A stretch of 64,000 bases of DNA from a virus, in IMG/VR virus record IMGVR_UViG_3300043411_001114, positions 48,367 to 112,366 of that record; one strand, written 5' to 3'. Shown piece after piece: positions 9,984 through 19,605 of this stretch. The notes under the pieces were generated by a model. That model had not been told where the DNA came from, searched no databases, and saw only the letters and a list, made by a program, of their open reading frames with translations. A program made the translations under genes and the position numbers. Position 1 is the stretch's first letter. Every line of letters starts with the position of its first letter.

Positions 9984-12914
9984 TTATTTGGCCTCCCCGA
10001 ACAGCAGCCATTCGAGATTCTTGGCCTCATCCGGGGTCTTAGAAGAACTATAGCTCAATTCCTCGCTGGTCCCCTGTACTGCGGCGGCCAGCGCGCGGCG
10101 CTCGTTGCATATCTGCCATATCCGTTCCTCCACCGAGTCCTCGGTGATGAGAACGTAGGCGGTCAAACCGTCCAGGTGGGAGTCTGTGCGGTCGATGCGG
10201 GCATTGCGCTGGGCCAGGTCGTCGTAGGAGTAGGTGGGGTCGACGCTGATGACATACCGGGCCTCCTGCAGGTTCAAGCCGTAGGTTCCCGCATCGGAGG
10301 AGCAGAAGGCGGTGATGTCGGGATCGGCCTTGAAGCGATCCTGAGCGGCCTGGGACTCCGCTGCGGACTGTCCGGTGGCGTAGTGCAGAACGTGCGGCAC
10401 CGTTAGATGTGGGGCCAGCGGGAGCAGTCCCAGTTCCGTCCAGTGGCAGAAGACCACCGCCTTGTCCTGAGCCTCCCGGACACCCTCCAGCATCCCGTTG
10501 AGGACCTCGATCTTCCCCGAGTGGGTGGCATCGAACAGGTCGGGCCGTTGGGCGAGAATGTCGGCGGCGACCTCGCTCTTCGAGTTGAGCAGCGCCGCCG
10601 GGTTGATGCAGGCGATCCGGGCCGCCAGGTAGTGGTGGGCGAGACTCTCGCCCTTATCCCGGGCCTGACGGGCGCTGTCGAGGATCAGGCCGAGCAACTG
10701 CTCGGTGCCCGGAGTGGCCTGGACGTACATCGGGATGGTCTCGATGCCCCGGAACTGCTCCTGCACCCCGGGGTCGGTCTTGCGGACAGCCATCGTCCAG
10801 TCGCCGACCCGGTGCCGTATCTCCTGCAGTTTGACGAGGTTCCAGTCGTAGGTGACGAACCCGAAGGATCGACCGGTTCGGGTCTTCATCGGGACATTGC
10901 GAACCCGGTCGGCGTAGCGCTGAATAAAGTCGGTCTTGGTCGATAGCGGGTTGTGCCCCTCCTGGCCGTCGAGGGAGAAGACGTCCCGGTACCGCAGCGG
11001 GTTGCCTCCGACCACGGTGGCACTCATCGGCCACACAATGGCATGACAGGCCCTCACCATCCTGTCGAGCGCCTGGCGGGCCTTGTTGGGGGTCGAGTCG
11101 GTGATCAGCTTGGAAGCCTCGTCAAGCACCCACAAGACCCGCTTCCCGGCAATCAGGGTGATCAAGTCTTCCTCGTCGTGCCAGAGTTTCTCGTAGTTCA
11201 TGACGTAGACCTGGTGACCGGCGGCGTACATCTTGCGGCGCTTGGCCTTGGTGCCGTCAGTGACCACCGCGTCCAGCCCGGCCGGGGCCTGGAAGGTGCG
11301 GCAGAGGTTGATTTTGAGTTTGGACAGCGTGCAGGCGATGACCAGGTCGACGTCGTCGTGATTGAACAACTCCAGGGCACCGGCCCCTGAGCAATGGCTA
11401 TTGTGAGTGACATTATGTCCCCGAGTAACGTAAAGATTGTTCTGAGCGGCTACGGTGATGCACACCTGTTCCTCAGACATACCTTCATCGAAGACGTTGG
11501 AAATGATTTTGTTCGGAATCTGACGCTGCACGGGCGGACAGTAGGCTTGGGCTTTGCGTGATAGCCGGAACGGCATGACGTCAGGCGGAAATACGATGCT
11601 GACACGCCAAGATTGACGACCAGGAATACGATCACCGTTTTTGTCGGTGTACTTGGTGATTCTTCCCGAGGAAATGGTGGCTCTGCCCCGCAGGCCACGA
11701 ACAAGATCAGCCACCTGATCCCGAAGAGCCTCACTGGTGGTGGAAAACTCCACTCCAGTCTTTCCTGAGTAGGCATGGCCATCGGTGTCCAGAAGTCCCT
11801 GGAGTAGGGCTAATCTCTCAGCAGCAGAAGATCGTAAATAGTTCTCGGGAACATGTTTCTCGTAAGAGAATTGTCCCCAAAGACCCATGTCCTTCAAAAC
11901 ACGCCTGATCGAAGCCGGAACCATGGCGACTGCAGTGTGTTCGGTTTCCGTCGCCGTCACACGATTCCATCCGAACTGATCAATAATTTCTTTATCGGTG
12001 TGAATACTGTCAGCTCGGAAACACCCATCTCCAAGAAGAACCCCGAGCATGTAGGGGGGTAGTGGCAAGGATTCTGGAAGCGGCGAAAAATGAACTGTCT
12101 CAAGCGCCGGAATCTGCCAGCGATGCTTTCCCCGTTCGGGCAGGTTGACCATGATTTCTTTGGTGGTGAGAGTTTTCCAAGGAGCCTCTTCGATACGCTC
12201 TTTTCTGGTCGGGTCACTGAGGGAAGGACCACGACGTCGGGTGCTGGATTTTCGTACATTCCAGAGGTGATCTCCGTCGCATCTGACGAAAGTCTTGTCG
12301 TTGAACTCGACGCGATAAACAGAACGCACACCCTGAGGGTGTACTGCAATCACCGAAGTGGCCATGCCGTCTGAGCCAATAACCTGATCGCCGGGCCGCA
12401 AATCCCCCATGGTGCGCCATCCTGTCGGGGTGAGCACAGGCTCACTGACGGGTTCCGCCTTCCCGGACCCGGCCGCCCAATTCCAGAACCAGAACCTGTC
12501 GGTGTTTGTCTGACCGTTCCTGGCCCGCTCCAGCGCCCGGTTCATACTGAACGTCTGGAACGGCTTGAGGGTGTAGCCCTCGATGTCCAGCGGGGCGTTC
12601 CAGCGGGCCACGTCCTCCCGGACGGCCTGCGCCGAGGGTGTCCAGACGGGATGGTAGCCGTCCTTTTCGAGCGCCTCGATGAACTGGTCGGCCAGGTGCA
12701 GGCCGTTGAGGATGAGATACCGGCTCACCCAGTCCTTGTGCCGTTCCAGGAACAGCCCACGGCTGGTCTCGTCCAGCGGTTCGAACGACAGGTTGTCGGG
12801 ATAGTCGGGATGCTGGTCGACCAGGATGATGCGCGATTCGGGGACACCGGAGTCGAGTAGGGCGATCACGTCCCTCTCGGTGGCATCGAGGGTCACGGTG
12901 TCCTGGTCGGTCAT
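9984..12914 (-). CDS. SNF2-like SF2 helicase containing an intein
   Basis: LKPFQ, Walker A AAGSGK|S split by an intein, VLDEAS, MSAT, GTYGLNLQEA and QRNARIDR. Confidence 0.85.
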   Translation of the reverse strand: MTDQDTVTLDATERDVIALLDSGVPESRIILVDQHPDYPDNLSFEPLDETSRGLFLERHKDWVSRYLILNGLHLADQFIEALEKDGYHPVWTPSAQAVREDVARWNAPLDIEGYTLKPFQTFSMNRALERARNGQTNTDRFWFWNWAAGSGKAEPVSEPVLTPTGWRTMGDLRPGDQVIGSDGMATSVIAVHPQGVRSVYRVEFNDKTFVRCDGDHLWNVRKSSTRRRGPSLSDPTRKERIEEAPWKTLTTKEIMVNLPERGKHRWQIPALETVHFSPLPESLPLPPYMLGVLLGDGCFRADSIHTDKEIIDQFGWNRVTATETEHTAVAMVPASIRRVLKDMGLWGQFSYEKHVPENYLRSSAAERLALLQGLLDTDGHAYSGKTGVEFSTTSEALRDQVADLVRGLRGRATISSGRITKYTDKNGDRIPGRQSWRVSIVFPPDVMPFRLSRKAQAYCPPVQRQIPNKIISNVFDEGMSEEQVCITVAAQNNLYVTRGHNVTHNSHCSGAGALELFNHDDVDLVIACTLSKLKINLCRTFQAPAGLDAVVTDGTKAKRRKMYAAGHQVYVMNYEKLWHDEEDLITLIAGKRVLWVLDEASKLITDSTPNKARQALDRMVRACHAIVWPMSATVVGGNPLRYRDVFSLDGQEGHNPLSTKTDFIQRYADRVRNVPMKTRTGRSFGFVTYDWNLVKLQEIRHRVGDWTMAVRKTDPGVQEQFRGIETIPMYVQATPGTEQLLGLILDSARQARDKGESLAHHYLAARIACINPAALLNSKSEVAADILAQRPDLFDATHSGKIEVLNGMLEGVREAQDKAVVFCHWTELGLLPLAPHLTVPHVLHYATGQSAAESQAAQDRFKADPDITAFCSSDAGTYGLNLQEARYVISVDPTYSYDDLAQRNARIDRTDSHLDGLTAYVLITEDSVEERIWQICNERRALAAAVQGTSEELSYSSSKTPDEAKNLEWLLFGEAK
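11400..12458 (-). mobile_element. Ala-start (class 3-type) intein (353 aa) with LAGLIDADG endonuclease
   Basis: Starts AEPVSEPVLTPTGW, has DHLW (block B Trp) and QVCITV (block F Cys), and ends VTHN with +1 Ser. LGVLLGDG and LQGLLDTDG motifs; lower GC. Confidence 0.9.
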
Positions 12915-13368
12915 CCTGCGATTTTACCCTGCCACCAGGGTGTTTTGCAGATTCTCAGACAGTGGTGGTACAAATTACGAAAATCCCTCGAACATAAGGA
13001 GACACCACCCCGGCGTTATGCGGACGAGTCCGCCGGGTTACCAAACCAACCGTTTCCTGCTGCTACCTGGCACCTAATACGTCCTCGTAGTTGTGCTCAC
13101 TCCCCAAACGCTCGGACAGGCGGGCTACCTGATCTGTGGGTCGCGAACCCGGTGATGGTCGGATCGAAGCCCCTTGGCCAGAAGAGGTCAAGGGGCCAGA
13201 CGTGGTGCGGGACAATCGGTGAGCGGTCAATGGGAGGTCATGGCCCTGGGAGGTCCCAGAGGGCATGGGTTACTTGTGTCCTCTTCCTCCGAGGAATAAC
13301 TGCAGGTCTGGAACACCACCAATACAGACTGAAGACTTTCAAACTACTTTTGAGCTACCCTGTAGGGC

Positions 13369-13731
13369 ATGAAGGTTAAAGACGACCAGTCATGGTCCTT
13401 GCAGATGGCTGAGTTCTCCGCAGACGAGTCAAGCATCAAGTTCCGGGATTTTCTGGTGTTGTGGGTGGATACCGCAGAGATGGTCATGCAGGACGGTAAT
13501 GGCTCGAAGCACCCCCATGACAGTCTCAGCAAAGCATTCGAGGTAGCTGAGCAAAGTTTGGGGTATTTATCGGTGGAATGGCTGGGCCAGATGCTGCTGG
13601 TGATCGTCCAGCACTGGGTTAACGGCGATCGGGTGTGGGATGCCATGAGCGTGTGGGAGCGCAGGATGGTGGAGCAGGCCACCGCCCTGAAGCTGGTCGA
13701 ACTGCAGGGTTCTGCGCAGATGGGCGAGTAG
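13369..13731 (+). CDS. Hypothetical protein
   Basis: 120-aa ORF with plausible composition. Confidence 0.6.
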   Translation: MKVKDDQSWSLQMAEFSADESSIKFRDFLVLWVDTAEMVMQDGNGSKHPHDSLSKAFEVAEQSLGYLSVEWLGQMLLVIVQHWVNGDRVWDAMSVWERRMVEQATALKLVELQGSAQMGE

Positions 13732-13744
13732 TCTCCACACCGGC

Positions 13745-13815
13745 TTGACTTTACTGTTTTTATAGCTCATACTAATAGAGCAAGCAGCCACCACCACCAA
13801 CAAGGGAGTCACCAC
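13745..13815 (+). promoter_or_regulatory. SigA-like promoter (TTGACT-17-CATACT) with ACC leader and RBS
   Basis: TTGACT at 13745, CATACT at 13768, leader gccaccaccaccaacaaGGGAG. Confidence 0.6.
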
Positions 13816-14532
13816 ATGACCGCCACCATCGCCACCACCGACATCGCCACCATCCTGGCCAACGCGGAGGCCAACTACGTCAAGGCGATCCTGGCCAAGA
13901 CCGAGGCCGAGGCGCTGGAGAACGTCAAGAAGTCCGGCTCGTCGGTCGCCCAGCGCAAGGCCTCCATCAACAAGGCCCTCGCCGAGGCGAACAAGCAGGC
14001 CATCGCGGCCCATGTCGCGGCGTTGAAGTCGATCCCGACCGAGGCCTCGGCCCTCGCCGCGATCGGTGACGAGGTCTCCGACAACGGCCTGACCACCGAC
14101 CAGGCGGTCCTGGCGATGGAGCACGTCCTGCACATCAAGGCGGCGAAGGACCTGATCGACGCCACCTACGAGGCGACCCGGGCGATGGTCTACCGCACGA
14201 TGGACCTCGCCTTCGCCGACGAGGAGTTCCCCGAGCACACCAACGGGGTGATCGACGTCCCCGAGACCGGGAAGCGTTTCGCCCGCGAGGGTGCCGGTCG
14301 CAAGCCCGCCACCATCGACAACAAGGCCCTGGCCGACGCGATCGGTGCCGAGTTGTGGGACGAGATCAGCACCGAGCAGGTCACCGTCAAGCGTGTGATC
14401 GACGAGGAGAAGCTGGCGGCGGTGGTCGCCGACCACCCCGAACTGCTGGAGGCCATCCGGGGCGCAGTCGTCCCGGGCGAGTGGAAGACCCCGCGCCTGA
14501 TGGTGCGCAACATTCCCCCAACGAAGGAGTAG
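13816..14532 (+). CDS. Hypothetical alpha-helical protein
   Basis: Strong RBS and very high GC3. Confidence 0.8.
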   Translation: MTATIATTDIATILANAEANYVKAILAKTEAEALENVKKSGSSVAQRKASINKALAEANKQAIAAHVAALKSIPTEASALAAIGDEVSDNGLTTDQAVLAMEHVLHIKAAKDLIDATYEATRAMVYRTMDLAFADEEFPEHTNGVIDVPETGKRFAREGAGRKPATIDNKALADAIGAELWDEISTEQVTVKRVIDEEKLAAVVADHPELLEAIRGAVVPGEWKTPRLMVRNIPPTKE

Positions 14533-14534
14533 TG

Positions 14535-15098
14535 ATGGAGCACGACCTCGATGTGATCGACGTCGTCCCGACCGGAAGCCCCGAGGTTGACCCTCGGGGC
14601 GTTTCGGTTGTGGAGCCGCTGGAGATTGACGAGACCCCGGTGGAGAGGCCGGGCGGTGAGTTGATGGCCGATGCGGGACTGGAGTTGTCCTACTCAACCG
14701 ACTCGGCGGCAGAGTTCTTCAACCGCTCGAACCAGTGGCTTTACTGGGGCCTGCGGGAGGGGGTGTTCACCTACGAGGACGGCACCACGATCGAGCCGAT
14801 CCGCATCGGCCCCGATCAGCGCCGCCGATTCACCCTGGCGGTGATCAAAGAGATCATGAAGTGCTGCTACCGGCGCGGAAACTTCAGCAAGAACGACGTC
14901 GAGATCATCATGACCCGCATCAAGCTGGCCGAAAAGGGCGTCGAGTGGCGCGAGGTCGAGGGCTGGCGTTACGCCAAGACCGGCCGGTCGACCTGGCGGT
15001 GGGTTCCGCCCGACGAGGCGGTTCGAGACCAGTTCACCGGCGAGTGGGAGTGGGTCGGGAAGATCAAGCAGCGTCGGGGCAAGAAGCCGCGCCAGTGA
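14535..15098 (+). CDS. Putative HTH (MerR/excisionase-like) DNA-binding protein
   Basis: AAGGAG RBS; 'YSTDSAAEFFNRSNQWLYW...GPDQRRRFT' winged-HTH pattern. Confidence 0.6.
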   Translation: MEHDLDVIDVVPTGSPEVDPRGVSVVEPLEIDETPVERPGGELMADAGLELSYSTDSAAEFFNRSNQWLYWGLREGVFTYEDGTTIEPIRIGPDQRRRFTLAVIKEIMKCCYRRGNFSKNDVEIIMTRIKLAEKGVEWREVEGWRYAKTGRSTWRWVPPDEAVRDQFTGEWEWVGKIKQRRGKKPRQ

Positions 15099-16264
15099 CC
15101 AAGCCCGCCGACGCGATCAGATCGGTGATCGACGAGTCGCTTGCCGGTCAGCGCGACAACTTCCGTAAGGTTCTGGCGGCCCGATCCACCGACGAACCGC
15201 TGCCGGTGGCCCGCACCGAACTGCTGTACGTCTGGGATGCCTACGGCAATCAGTTCCTGGACTTCGGTGCCCTCAATGCGCCGATCGGCCACCTCTCCCC
15301 TGCGGTTCTGGGGCTGGTCAAAGACCAGATGCGGTACGCGATCACCGGACCCGAGCAGGGATCCTCCCTCGACCGGTGGCCGATACAGTACGCCGCCGAC
15401 CTGGCGTCCTCGTTCGCCGGACTCTGGGGCGGTGCCGGGGTGCAGGTGCTGTTCTGTGAGGGTCAGCACGATGCGGTCTCGACCGCCGCCAGGATGGTGT
15501 GGTCCAGCGACCGGACCCGGCTCACGGTGCTCTCATCCGGGCTGCACGACTGGCTCTCTCCGGCCCTGGGGAGGGTGAACCACCGCAGCCCGCTGGAGGT
15601 GCCACACATCGGGGGCTGGACGGGCGGGCTGCTGGTGTCTCCGGTGACGACGTCGGGACACGACATTCCGGCGCTGGGGGAGTGGATCAGCACCGCCCGA
15701 AAGGCCGCCGTCCCGGTGATCGTCGACGAGACCCTGTCCGGGTTCGGACGTCTCGGCGGCTCGATGTGGTCGCGGTGGGCCGAGTTCGCCGACGCGGTGA
15801 TCCTCGGCGGCCCGGTCGGTGCCGGTCTGCCGCTGGGGGCGATCGTGGCCCGCCGTTCGTTTTTCACCGACCGGCCGGGAACCGTCTCGCCCGGCCCCCA
15901 TGCCGGTTCGCCGGTCTCCTGCGCGGCAGGTTCGGGCCAGTGGGCGGCGATCACCCCCGACCTGCTCGACAATGTCGTGTCCTCGGGCGAGGCTATGTCT
16001 AGCGCGCTAGACGAACTGGTGAACCAGTTCCCTGATCTGGTGTCCGGTCACCACGGGCAGGGCCTGTACCGCGCCCTGAGGTTCCAGAACCCGATCCCCG
16101 ACTTCCACCTCCACGCCCGCCGTCACGGCCTCCTGCTGGCCCCCACAGACACCGATACGGCGATCCTGGCACCACCGCTGGTGATCTCCTCGCTGGAGGC
16201 CCGCCGTGGGGTGGATATGCTGGCCGACACCTTGTTGTCGCTGGACGGTGCCGGTCTGCGCTGA
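15095..16264 (+). CDS. Class III aminotransferase-like protein (catalytic Lys apparently absent)
   Basis: YVWDAYGNQFLDF, IGH, IVDETLSGFGR, GLPLGA, HAGSPVSCAA and LAPPLVIS; GTGA overlap with the upstream gene. Confidence 0.8.
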   Translation: MTKPADAIRSVIDESLAGQRDNFRKVLAARSTDEPLPVARTELLYVWDAYGNQFLDFGALNAPIGHLSPAVLGLVKDQMRYAITGPEQGSSLDRWPIQYAADLASSFAGLWGGAGVQVLFCEGQHDAVSTAARMVWSSDRTRLTVLSSGLHDWLSPALGRVNHRSPLEVPHIGGWTGGLLVSPVTTSGHDIPALGEWISTARKAAVPVIVDETLSGFGRLGGSMWSRWAEFADAVILGGPVGAGLPLGAIVARRSFFTDRPGTVSPGPHAGSPVSCAAGSGQWAAITPDLLDNVVSSGEAMSSALDELVNQFPDLVSGHHGQGLYRALRFQNPIPDFHLHARRHGLLLAPTDTDTAILAPPLVISSLEARRGVDMLADTLLSLDGAGLR

Positions 16265-16297
16265 CCAGGTGAAACTTCTGCCGAGAGACCAGAACCA

Positions 16298-16705
16298 GTG
16301 ACAGTAGTGACGGCCTATCAGTGCAAGGCGAGGGGCATGGCGACCCGCATCGAAATAGGTCTCCCGCGAGACCAAATAATGCAAAAATACCTGGTCAGGC
16401 GCATCTTCAGGGAGGTCGAGTTTCGGGTCACCGAGTCGACCGGTGACGTCGTCGTGGGGTACATCACCGGCTTCGACGACCGGTGCCTGCAGATGTCGAC
16501 CTCCCCGGCGCACGTCGGGGATGAACCCCGGTCGGTTCTGATATTCTGGCCCGTCTCGCGCATCGAGGAGACCGGCCGCCGGGTCGATGACCTCGACCAC
16601 GAGCACCGGTCGAAGATTCGCAGCTACTCGCACGCCCTCAAACTCCAGTGCGAGAGTTTCCTGACCAACAGGGGCCAGGGCAACCGCCCCCGGGATGGGG
16701 TCTGA
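16298..16705 (+). CDS. Hypothetical protein with Sm/Hfq-like motif (alternative start 16337)
   Basis: TGDVVVGYITGFDDRCLQM resembles the Sm1 motif; VLIFWPVSRIE resembles Sm2. Confidence 0.55.
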   Translation: MTVVTAYQCKARGMATRIEIGLPRDQIMQKYLVRRIFREVEFRVTESTGDVVVGYITGFDDRCLQMSTSPAHVGDEPRSVLIFWPVSRIEETGRRVDDLDHEHRSKIRSYSHALKLQCESFLTNRGQGNRPRDGV

Positions 16706-16784
16706 CACGACCCCGAGGCCCGCTGAGTCCCGTGCTACAATAAGTGTCTAATTAGGGATTCGAGCAAAGGGATGGGGTGGTGGT

Positions 16785-17168
16785 GTGTTCTCCGACATGG
16801 ACCCTCTGGAAGAGGATATGGGCGTCCGGGTAGAAAACATGACCGTCGACCAGATCATCGCCTACGTCAAGGCCTACCACGCCGCCTTCGGGTTCACTGT
16901 CCGCATCGACGGCCAGCCCGAGCGGGCCATCTTCCGGTCCCTGCAGCGGGTGTACGGGCAGGCTGACGCGGGGCGGATTGTGAAGTGGGTGTTCTACAAA
17001 TACCGGGGCCACTACAACGACGAGTTCATCGGCCCGATGGCCTTCTCCAAGGGTCGCAAATGGTTCACCGACAAGATGCACTTGGAGATGCAGCAAGCCA
17101 TGAAAGAGCAAAAGCCCAGGTCGTACGCCCCCAAGGGGCTGGGTGTGCGGAGCCTGATCGACCTGTGA
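16785..17168 (+). CDS. Hypothetical protein, first gene of the replication operon
   Basis: ORF downstream of TGC-TACAAT (16736); overlaps the DnaC-like start. Confidence 0.7.
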   Translation: MFSDMDPLEEDMGVRVENMTVDQIIAYVKAYHAAFGFTVRIDGQPERAIFRSLQRVYGQADAGRIVKWVFYKYRGHYNDEFIGPMAFSKGRKWFTDKMHLEMQQAMKEQKPRSYAPKGLGVRSLIDL

Positions 17169-17953
17169 GAGACATCCGCACCCGGTATCTTCCTGACGAC
17201 GAGTCGTCCCGGCTGTACCGCAACCATCCCCACATCGGCCGCTCCTACCTGGAGTACTGCCCGACCTGCAACGCTACCGGCACCTACCGCTGGCGCGGCA
17301 AGGAGCACTCCTGCGACTGCGAGGAGCAACTGCAGTTGCACAAGTGGTATCTGGCGTCCGGGATCGGGGTCACCTACCAGCGGCTCGACTTCGACGACTA
17401 CCAGGGTCCCACCGACGTCCTCGACGGGGTGGTGAAATACCTGGAGCGTCGAGAGGACTTCCTTGCCCGGGGGATGGGAATGTTTCTCGTTGGGAGCTAT
17501 GGAACTGGTAAAACGATGCTGGCCAATCTGGTGCTGAAGGAGATGGTGAAGGACGGCCATACCTGCTTCGCCACCACCTTTTCTCAGACCGTCGAGATGT
17601 TCACCGCCGGATGGAGCGACAAGGTCGAGAAGGAGTATTTCCAGCGCAAGTTCATCGGCTCCCGAGTCCTGTTGCTCGACGACCTCGGCCGCGAACTGCG
17701 GGGCACCAAACTGGCTTTGGCCGAGACCACCTTCGATGCGATCCTGCGGCAGCGGGTCCAGGCCGGGAGGGCCACCATCATCACCACCAACATGGAACCC
17801 GAGGAACTCGGCGACGGGTACGGGGCGGCGATCCTCAGCCTGATCCGGGAGAAGAGCCTGCAACTGGTGTTCGGTGGCTCCGACTTCCGCATCGAGGCCA
17901 ACAGCCGCGAGGTCGACGAGATCATGGCCGGAGAGACCAGGCCGATCGTATGA
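17165..17953 (+). CDS. DnaC/IstB-like AAA+ helicase loader
   Basis: N-terminal CPTC...CDC zinc motif, Walker A GSYGTGKT, Walker B LLLDDLG, TIITTN and FGGSDFR. Confidence 0.85.
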   Translation: MRDIRTRYLPDDESSRLYRNHPHIGRSYLEYCPTCNATGTYRWRGKEHSCDCEEQLQLHKWYLASGIGVTYQRLDFDDYQGPTDVLDGVVKYLERREDFLARGMGMFLVGSYGTGKTMLANLVLKEMVKDGHTCFATTFSQTVEMFTAGWSDKVEKEYFQRKFIGSRVLLLDDLGRELRGTKLALAETTFDAILRQRVQAGRATIITTNMEPEELGDGYGAAILSLIREKSLQLVFGGSDFRIEANSREVDEIMAGETRPIV

Positions 17954-19221
17954 CCGTCTCGATCGAGCGCAAGGTTCTCTCGCTGATGACCACCCAGTCC
18001 GGGATTTCCCGGGTCTGGGATATGGGTCTGCGGGCCGAGGTGTTCGACGACCCGATGAACCGGTTCGTCTTCACCTTCATGGTCGACTACTGGATCGACG
18101 CCCAGATGCGTCAGCCACCCACCTGGGTGGTTATGGAGGCCGAGTACCCCCAGGTGGTGCTGGAAGACCCGGATTCTATTGAGGAGTCGCTCGACTGGTT
18201 GGTGTCGTGGCTGCAGAAACGGTATGCCTCGGTCCAGGTGCAGGATCTGTTGCGTCAGGCCGCCAAGACCTGCAACGCCGACCCGTCGGCGACCGTGGAG
18301 CGGTTGTGGCACGACGCCTACGATGCGGCTCAGGTCAACGCCCCCCGATACAGCCGGGTCGACGTCACCAAGAACGTCGCCGCCCGCCGGGAGCGGTACA
18401 ACCGCGACCTGCAGGATCAGACCCGGGCCGGGGTTTCTATCGGGTTGACCGAACTCGATGACCACACCCGGGGCATTCTGCCGGGGGAACTCGCCGCCGT
18501 CGCCGCCTACACCAAGACAGGCAAGTCGTGGCTGCTGGCCAACGCCTTCGTCGCGGCGCTCAACAACGGACTGAGGCCGATGTTCTTCACCCTGGAGATG
18601 GGTGTCCCCGAGATTGAGGACCGGATCGACGCCATCTACTCCGGGGTCAGCTACCAGCGCTTCTCGCAGCGCCGGATGCTTCCGGCCGAGATGATCACCA
18701 TGCGGGAGGCCCAGAACCGGATGGAGGGCCAGCACGCCGGTTTCATCGAACGGCCCGACCGGGGCGAGCGGACGGTCAAGCACATGGTCTCCCGCGCCCG
18801 GCAGGAGGGTGCCGACCTGCTCATCATCGACCAGCTGTCGTTCATCGACGCCGAGCGCGAGTACGGCGGCGACTCTGCGCTGAGAATGAAGCACGGCGAC
18901 ATCATCTTCGGACTCAAGGACGAGATTGCCCGCGAGTCGGCCGGGAAGATACCCTGCCTGCTGGCCGTGCAGTTGAATCGTCAGTCCGCCGCTTCTGGCG
19001 GACGGGGGGAGCTGTATCACTTCGCCAACTCGTCGATGGTCGAGCAGACCGTCGACCTGGCTCTGGGACTGCGGCGCAACAATGAGATGCGCGACAACAA
19101 CGCGATGATCCTCGACATCATGGGCAGCCGCCGCTGCGACACCAAGAGCTGGACTTTGGCCTGGCACCTCACCGACCGAACCGAGATCAGAATCCGAGAG
19201 GAATATGTCGACAACACCTGA
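17950..19221 (+). CDS. dnaB: DnaB-like replicative helicase
   Basis: LTELDDHTRGILPGEL, AYTKTGKS, FTLEM, LIIDQL, AVQLNR and VEQTVD. Confidence 0.9.
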   Translation: MTVSIERKVLSLMTTQSGISRVWDMGLRAEVFDDPMNRFVFTFMVDYWIDAQMRQPPTWVVMEAEYPQVVLEDPDSIEESLDWLVSWLQKRYASVQVQDLLRQAAKTCNADPSATVERLWHDAYDAAQVNAPRYSRVDVTKNVAARRERYNRDLQDQTRAGVSIGLTELDDHTRGILPGELAAVAAYTKTGKSWLLANAFVAALNNGLRPMFFTLEMGVPEIEDRIDAIYSGVSYQRFSQRRMLPAEMITMREAQNRMEGQHAGFIERPDRGERTVKHMVSRARQEGADLLIIDQLSFIDAEREYGGDSALRMKHGDIIFGLKDEIARESAGKIPCLLAVQLNRQSAASGGRGELYHFANSSMVEQTVDLALGLRRNNEMRDNNAMILDIMGSRRCDTKSWTLAWHLTDRTEIRIREEYVDNT

Positions 19222-19344
19222 CAGCGGTGACACCGCTCACGTTCACACCTGGACCACCGACCGCCAACCCTGCTCGTGCGGGGAGCCGGTGCCGTCCTGG
19301 CTGATCGCGGCCTGGGACAGGTACGCCGAGAGGACGAGGAAGAC

Positions 19345-19605
19345 ATGAGGGTGTGGGTCGATGCCAGCCGCGAGCCGGAGGTCGACTGGGCCTGGTCGAA
19401 GATGCCGGTCAGCGCCATCCGCATGCTTGCCGGAGGGTGTGTCGAGAAGATCAGCCTCGCCCCCGACCAGCCGGAACTGACAGACCCGGTAGCCGAGTGG
19501 ATAAGTTCCCATGATGTTCGTCCCGTCACGACAACCCACGGAACCACCGATGGCGTCCGGTTCCCGCGTGGGCTGCTGACGGTCAAGGTCAGGGCGGTCT
19601 TGTGA
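19345..19605 (+). CDS. Hypothetical protein (a 47-aa ORF at 19205-19348 precedes it)
   Basis: ATGA/GTGA overlaps chain dnaB, 19205-19348, 19345-19605 and the primase. Confidence 0.5.
   Translation: MRVWVDASREPEVDWAWSKMPVSAIRMLAGGCVEKISLAPDQPELTDPVAEWISSHDVRPVTTTHGTTDGVRFPRGLLTVKVRAVL

Noticed and set aside
12915-13368. tRNA/tmRNA, or the 144-aa ORF 12945-13379
   Set aside because: No cloverleaf, T-loop or CCA/tmRNA ends were recognised. The ORF has atypical composition and no RBS.
14735-15094. Extended N-termini given by the ORF track (e.g. 14735, 16985, 17611, 24926, 27969, 38947)
   Set aside because: They overlap upstream genes extensively. Downstream starts with an RBS or stop/start overlaps fit better.
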